NCBI RefSeq assembly: GCF_004010195.1
Contig: NC_057711.1
Coordinates: forward strand, 78,401,156 to 78,465,155
Origin: Chiloscyllium plagiosum
Taxonomy: Eukaryota
Direction: 5' to 3'
DNA length: 64,000 bases
Shown: positions 62,646 through 64,000 of the stretch, one piece after another
Numbering within the stretch: the stretch's first letter is position 1
Layout of the letters: the number at the start of each line of letters is the position of its first letter
Program-made: the position numbers and the translations under genes
The notes under the pieces: model-generated
The model's input: the letters and a program-made list of their open reading frames with translations, nothing else
The model's database searches: none
What the model was told of the DNA's origin: nothing

Positions 62646-64000
62646 CTCAAAGGACAAACAACTTAAGAAGCCCAATTGTAATCAGGAAGCTTCAGGCTGT
62701 ATTTCAGTTTCTATACTATATTACTGCTTTGTTTTGTGGGCTTTGGAAAGCAACTCTTCACAACATCTTTTTCCTTTAAAAGGTTTATCATGCTACAACT
62801 AAAAACAGTCCTTCTGAATATCCTTCGAAACATACATACATGGCAAAACATAGCAACATATGTATTGCTCTCTCTAAACTGTCAATTTTGTGATTTTTTT
62901 TGTCATTCACTTAATTTTCACTTTTTAGCTCCTTCTCTTCACAAACCTTTCTGCTTATTACACCTGCGTGACAGTAATTGATGATGCCAGAGTTAAGAGT
63001 GCAACATTTTTGTGCTACCTTTCTGAGAAATGAAAACAAAAAATAGAAATGAAACAAACTTGGGTGATCACACAAAATGTATGCAGTGCAAATATCACAT
63101 CTCTAGCTACTTATGGCATTGACAAATAGGTAACAAAAGTGTGAGAGCGTGTTTTCAAATAATTGTCTAAACTTGATGCATTGTATTCCAGTGAATCTGG
63201 CAAACTAATATTTGTGAAAATATTAACAAATCTTGAACAGTAATTTGACAATTATTGCATAGTATTGAATAAGATCAATATAACAGGAAAATTACAAGAT
63301 GTTTATAAATGGCTGTTGTGGTATAGGTGGTGAGTCCCTACTTTTGGGTACAATCCCAGACATGTGTCACAATATATGTCTCAACAAGTCAATTTTTCAA
63401 AAACAATTCTCCAAACAGAAGCCATGATAAAACAACATTGTTTAGAGATTATTACTGATGGCAACAAGAAATTCCTCAAAGTGAAATCATATGAAAAATG
63501 TTGATCTATTTTCTGAAATTATATTCAATTGCATCTTACTTCCAATGCTGAGAAAGTAAAGCATCCATGACGGTTTGGACATGTACAGGCTCCTTAAATG
63601 CACACTAATAAATGTGCTTCTGGAACATGTTGGAAGAACTCAGACAAAAAGTGTTGGTGCAATTAAAAGAGCAGAATCGCATCAGCATCAATATGAACAG
63701 CACTTGATAAAAGGAGGCCCTGCATGAAAAATATCGATAACTGACATCTATAAAGTAGCTAATAGCAAAATATGGATACACAATTGGCCTTTCTGGGTGG
63801 TCAATATACCGCAAGAACTGGAACTCTCAACTCCAAAAAAAAATTCCGTATAGTAAATTCTGCTATGACATAGTAGCTCCATTCTCTTGCAATTCCTTGT
63901 CATAAGAATATCACGTAATAGCAGCACCATTTGAACTAATGGGGCCAGAATCGAGTTATAACCAACACAAACTTTAAGAGTTCACGCCATAGAAACAGCA

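Noticed and set aside
63849..64000. Possible Tigger-like terminus (tagtaaattctgctat)
   Set aside because: The partner TIR is not within the window, so it cannot be supported.
1..64000. CRISPR array, operons or prokaryotic defence systems
   Set aside because: No regularly spaced repeats or gene-dense organisation; the sequence is vertebrate repeat-rich DNA.

Overview
Eukaryotic, AT-rich, repeat-dominated non-coding DNA. It is most likely shark (elasmobranch) intronic or intergenic sequence, inferred from HE1-type V-SINEs, a Deu-domain SINE and HER1/CR1-like LINEs. I could not support any host protein-coding exon; the ORFs I could recognise are decayed transposon proteins. The window holds fragments of two CR1-clade LINE families, an RTE LINE, a Gypsy integrase remnant, a Tc1/mariner (Tigger-like) MITE, several SINE families and many Penelope-like element (PLE) pieces. 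The main signal is the PLE terminal repeats: at least 3-4 sequence families carry minimal type-I hammerhead ribozyme motifs (CUGANGA-N-stem II-GAAA-palindromic stem III-NUH), several with intact cores. They occur as inverted pairs, a perfect 85-bp hairpin, a tandem unit with two ribozymes 336 nt apart (retrozyme-like), and short 'ribozyme-first' insertions with 8-17 bp target-site duplications (TSDs). PLE hammerheads are a known phenomenon in general; activity of these copies is inference. Other findings are a 93-bp templated duplication at a SINE 5' junction, a micro-inversion inside a SINE, an inverted RTE rearrangement and multi-level nested insertions. Boundaries of old elements are approximate.
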